From Lama guanicoe (lineage: Eukaryota), in assembly GCA_013239625.1 (NCBI GenBank), contig MU054323.1, positions 2,294,001 through 2,358,000 of the forward strand: a DNA stretch of 64,000 nt, read 5' to 3'. This document shows positions 59,914 to 64,000 of the stretch, one piece after another. Both the position numbers and the translations under genes were made by a program. The notes under the pieces are model-generated. The model made no database searches and was not told the origin of the DNA. It saw only the letters and a list, made by a program, of their open reading frames with translations. Position 1 is the first letter of the stretch; the number at the start of each line of letters is the position of its first letter.

Positions 59914-61569
59914 CATCCTTAATTAACATAAATGTGACTTTATACTCCAACACTCTTACTCCACTTTTTGTCCATCTGAATGTGCAGGTTATATGGTGAC
60001 ATGTGCTCAGGACCATAGAACCAGTCACCTCATCACTCTGTTTCTCTCTGTTTCCACTGAGGTGATGGAAGTTAGCAAGATGTAACAGAGGGTCCTATGA
60101 CCAGGGCACAGTGAACAATTATGAGTTCAAAGTTAGTTTTAACCTGTCATACAAACTCTTAGAAATCACACAAATATTTTGCATGTGTATTTCAATGGTG
60201 CAATTTACTAGAGTAGGGCTTATAGCAAATTCTCAAATGGATTAAGAATCACTGAGTCTAATTCTATGTGAACCTCCAGGTAGGGGTAGGCTGTGAAGAG
60301 TGGGGCACAGTTCTATGTCTCAGAGGTCACTGCTAGTCAATTGAATTCTGAATGACCAGGGATCCTGGGGATAAACTTGCCTAATCACACTCTTTTTAGG
60401 CACCTGAGTTGAAGCTTAGCCATGAAGGAGATCACATTATTTGCTTTTCTCTCTTAAAAGCTTTGCGGGTCTGTAAGGCTCAACCTTGTCCTCCTGTAGT
60501 CAGAATTTGTCCTCTGTTGTCAGAATTTCATGTTATGATGTAACCCAGCACAACTTGTCCAAAACAATATTAGATTTATTCCATTTGTTAAAAGGAAGAT
60601 ATCACTAGTATGTGGCCCTTTTGGCAAAATCTCAACTCCTAGTTCTAGGCATGGGTTCAATCACCTGTTGCTAAGATACTGTAAAAAATATTATCTGTTT
60701 TTAAATGTTTCTTTTTAATTGAATAAACTGTTGCTTTGAAAAAATCAGTGCAAAGGTTAAATAGGTCTTTGAAATTGTATTTTTTTTTAACTGGCAGAGA
60801 TATTTCCAAACATTTTAAATGGAACAGCTGCTGTCTCAGTGGATTTCCTTGATGGAATATTAAAATTGCATAGAAAGGAGCACTCACAGCCCAGATGAAT
60901 TATGGAAATAGCAGAGAAAGAGACTCAGTCAGATCAGTACATAATGAAAATACTGGCCACAGTCATTGATTCTGCATCCTAGGCATGAGGGAAAATGCAG
61001 ACACAGGTCCATGATCCCGTTAGCAACCCCATTAGCCAGATTCAGAGATTTTTGGATTTCAATACTGTAATACAGAGCATGTATCCTCAGAAGGCCTGGG
61101 CCAACACTGCATAATCAAAATCATTAATAATAGTGTGACAAAACATTTTAGTATTTACACTAAGTTCTCATATCAATTCACATCCAAATCTGTGGTCAAA
61201 TGATTTTGCTCAAAGTTGTGAAAACAGTTGGATTTGAAGAGCATTTTTGATTTTTTTTGTGTTACAAATAAATGACTGTGGACCCTCAAAACTGAGAGAA
61301 ACTCCAGGATACACATGATTTGTAATAATTTCAGGATCAGCTTAGACCCCAAATGGCCCAAGTGGTAACAAGGATAGGAGCCAGGAGTCCAAGTGGGTAG
61401 AGAAGGCTGGAAGGGACGGATTGAACTTCCACACAAAGTCTAGATGAGGCAAAGCTGACAGTGGTCAGCAGGGAGGGACAGTGGTCAGGGACTATGAAAG
61501 GACACATAAGAATTTAAAGACATTGAGGCTGTCCTAGATAGCTCCCAATTCCAAACACTTCTTTTCCAT

Positions 61570-62140
61570 TCTCTTCTTGCACTAGTTCAGGCTGTCTCTG
61601 TGGATGCCTACGGTAGTCTCTTGACTGATCTTCCTGTTTTATTCCAGTCTTCTTACCCAATCAGTTGTTTATATCTGCCTCCATTGTGACCACCCTATGA
61701 TGCAAATCTTATCTTGCCACTTCCGCTGTGAAACATTTAAGTGGTTTCCCATGACCAACAGTGTAAGTCCCTAATAATGGGGTCCTCTCCCATTCTACTT
61801 TGTCTCTAGGCCCTTACTTCTCCTCTTAGGCTGTAGCACCACAGTCGTCTCTGGATCATGGTTACCATTGTCTCTACCTTTGGAAGAGATACCACTGGCT
61901 TCACATGGCCGATGCCCACTTGTTCTGCAAGATTTGACATTAGTTAACTTCTCTTCCAGTCCCCAGGCTGACCTAAGTCTCTACAGTTATCCCGTACTTA
62001 TGTCAAAACAGTTAGCACTTTTCATAAAAATCATGTATTACATGTTTCTCTTCCATCTGACTATGAGCTTCCCAAGTGAAAAATCCATTTCTCTTAGCAC
62101 AAGTTTGGGGAATGGTTTATACTCAGTAAAAAGGTACTGA
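61570..62140 (+). mobile_element. L2 fragment
   Basis: ctagttcaggc, gtctcttgactgatcttcctg, tgcaaatcttatcttgccacttc and gactatgagcttcc. Confidence 0.6.
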
Positions 62141-62664
62141 ACTGTGGGTGGAATGTCAAGGCAGGCAAAATTATGGGATCTAGGCAGTCAGGGAACAGGA
62201 CAAAGCAGCACTTGTGAACCAAAAGCCCTCCCAAATGACATAAGCAAGGGTGCATGTACCATCCTGGAGGGGTTAGAAGTGTTATGAGATAGCACATGTA
62301 GGTGTAAATTTTTCTGTCACTGATTATATGATCTGTCCTTTCTTCTGCCCCTAAGGATACAGCAAGAGGAAGCAGAATTGCTTTAACCAAATGGAAGGGA
62401 TTTCCTTATGGTGAGGTTGGGTGGGTAGTGCAGTGGCTTTAGGAGAGCACTTTTGACAAGACCCTGTGCATCTATGAGAGTCAAATGTGGAGTGACCAGG
62501 GAAATAAATGGTAAATTGACTTGTCATGGTGCCTAAAATATAATCAGTTTTGTTTGTAGTTTCTTGCTGCACTCCCCACTCTGTGGAGTAAGCTGGACTG
62601 TCTCACATAGGAGTTACATTGTCATGATGACCTAGGGATTTTAAGCAGAACCCACAGAAGTCAG

Positions 62665-62880
62665 CTCTGATGGAGTGGATAAAGCACTGGTCCAGGAAAC
62701 AGAAGTCCACCAAAATCCTAGGTCTGAGATTTACTGTGCCCTTAGGAAATTAGTTACCATCTCTTCGCCTTCAGTTCTTCTTCTCTGAAACGGAGATAAT
62801 ACCAAATTTAAAGAACTCTTCTAAGTATTGAATGCAAAATAGGAGTGAAAGCATCTGTCAAATAATGTGCACTCAAATAT
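62665..62880 (+). mobile_element. MIR SINE
   Basis: ggagtggataaagcactgg, ctgtgcccttagg and gccttcagttcttcttctctgaaacggagataata. Confidence 0.65.
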
Positions 62881-62988
62881 GCGTGGATGCTTTAGAGCTT
62901 TTGTTACCAAGTTAGTTGATATAATAGAAGATTTTAAAAAATCATCTTATTATACAGTATATTTTTGATGTTATGGTAGGGAAATATG

Positions 62989-64000
62989 TTTTTTTTTCTT
63001 TTCAGGTTTATTGAGATATAATTGACACCTAGCACTGTATAAGATTAAAGTGTATGTATAATTATTTGACTTACATATATCCTGAAATGATTATCACAAT
63101 AAGTTTAGTGAACATCCATCATCTCATAGAGATAAAAAAAAAGAAAAATAAAACTTTTTCATGATGGGAACTCTTAGGTTTTACTCTCTTAACTCATATA
63201 TAACCTGCAGAAGTGTTAATTATATTTATCAAGCTGTACATTACATCTCTAGTATTTATTTATCTTATAACTGAAAGTTTGTACCTTTTGACTACCTTCA
63301 ACCCTCCTCCCACCCCCTGCCTCTGGTAACCTCAAATATGATCTATTTTTCTATGAGTTTATTTGTTTGTTTGTTTGTTTGTTTTTGAACTATAATTGAC
63401 CTTTAACATTATGTTGGTTCCTTGTGCATAAGATAGTGACTCAATATTTCTGTTACAAAATGATCACCACAATAAGTCTAGTTACCATCTGTCATAGTAC
63501 AAAGGTATTTACATTATTATTATTATATTCCCCATTCTATGCATTTCATAACAGGACTCACTTATTTTGTAACTAAAACTTTCTACCTTTTAAACTCTCT
63601 CACTTGTTTGTCTCCTTCCCACACTCTCTCCCTTTCAGAAACCATCTGTTCTCTGTATCTATGACTCTGTGTCTGTTTTGTTATGTTTGTTCATTTGTTT
63701 TGTTTTTTAGATTCCACATATAAGTGAAATCATATGGTATTTGTCTTTCTCTGTCTGACTTATTTCATTTAGCATAATACCTCTAGGTCCATGTTGTTAC
63801 ATGTTTGCAAATGGCAAGATTTTATTCTTTTTTAATGGATAAGTAATATTCCATTGTATTTACATACCATATCTTCTTTATCCATTCTTCTATCAATGGA
63901 CACTTGAGTTGCTTTTATATCTTGGCTATTGTAAATAATGCTGCAATGAACTTTTCAAATTAGTGCTTTCATTTTGTTCAGATAAATGCAGAAGTAGAAT
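62989..64000 (-). mobile_element. LINE-1 3' end (laurasiatherian L1 with duplicated 3'UTR module); runs off the window end
   Basis: T-tract, then tttattgagatataattgac; 3'UTR motifs; and ORF2 C-terminal antisense sequence ttagattccacatataagtgaaatcatatggtatttgtc, gcaaatggcaagatt. Confidence 0.93.
63362..63384. repeat. (TTTG)n inside the L1 3'UTR
   Basis: tttgtttgtttgtttgtttgttt. Confidence 0.9.

Overview
Mammalian, CpG-depleted, non-coding DNA (a large intron or intergenic interval). I could not recognise any host protein-coding exon, tRNA, rRNA, CRISPR array or prokaryote-like segment. The only ORFs with recognisable homology are decayed LINE-1 ORF2 pieces. The window holds: a near-full-length, internally deleted minus-strand L1 bounded by a target-site duplication (33783-39406); an isolated ~430-bp L1 5'UTR fragment just before it; several older L1 fragments; many MIR and L2 relics; two MLT1 (MaLR) LTR pieces; microsatellites; and several repeat-free, motif-dense blocks that look like developmental enhancers. 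The repeat complement suggests a laurasiatherian, probably cetartiodactyl host, possibly a camelid (inference). I found no convincing new biological system. The best leads are candidate cis-regulatory modules, a local cluster of TCF/LEF sites and the orphan L1 5'UTR. Repeat family names come from remembered consensus sequences, and repeat boundaries are approximate.
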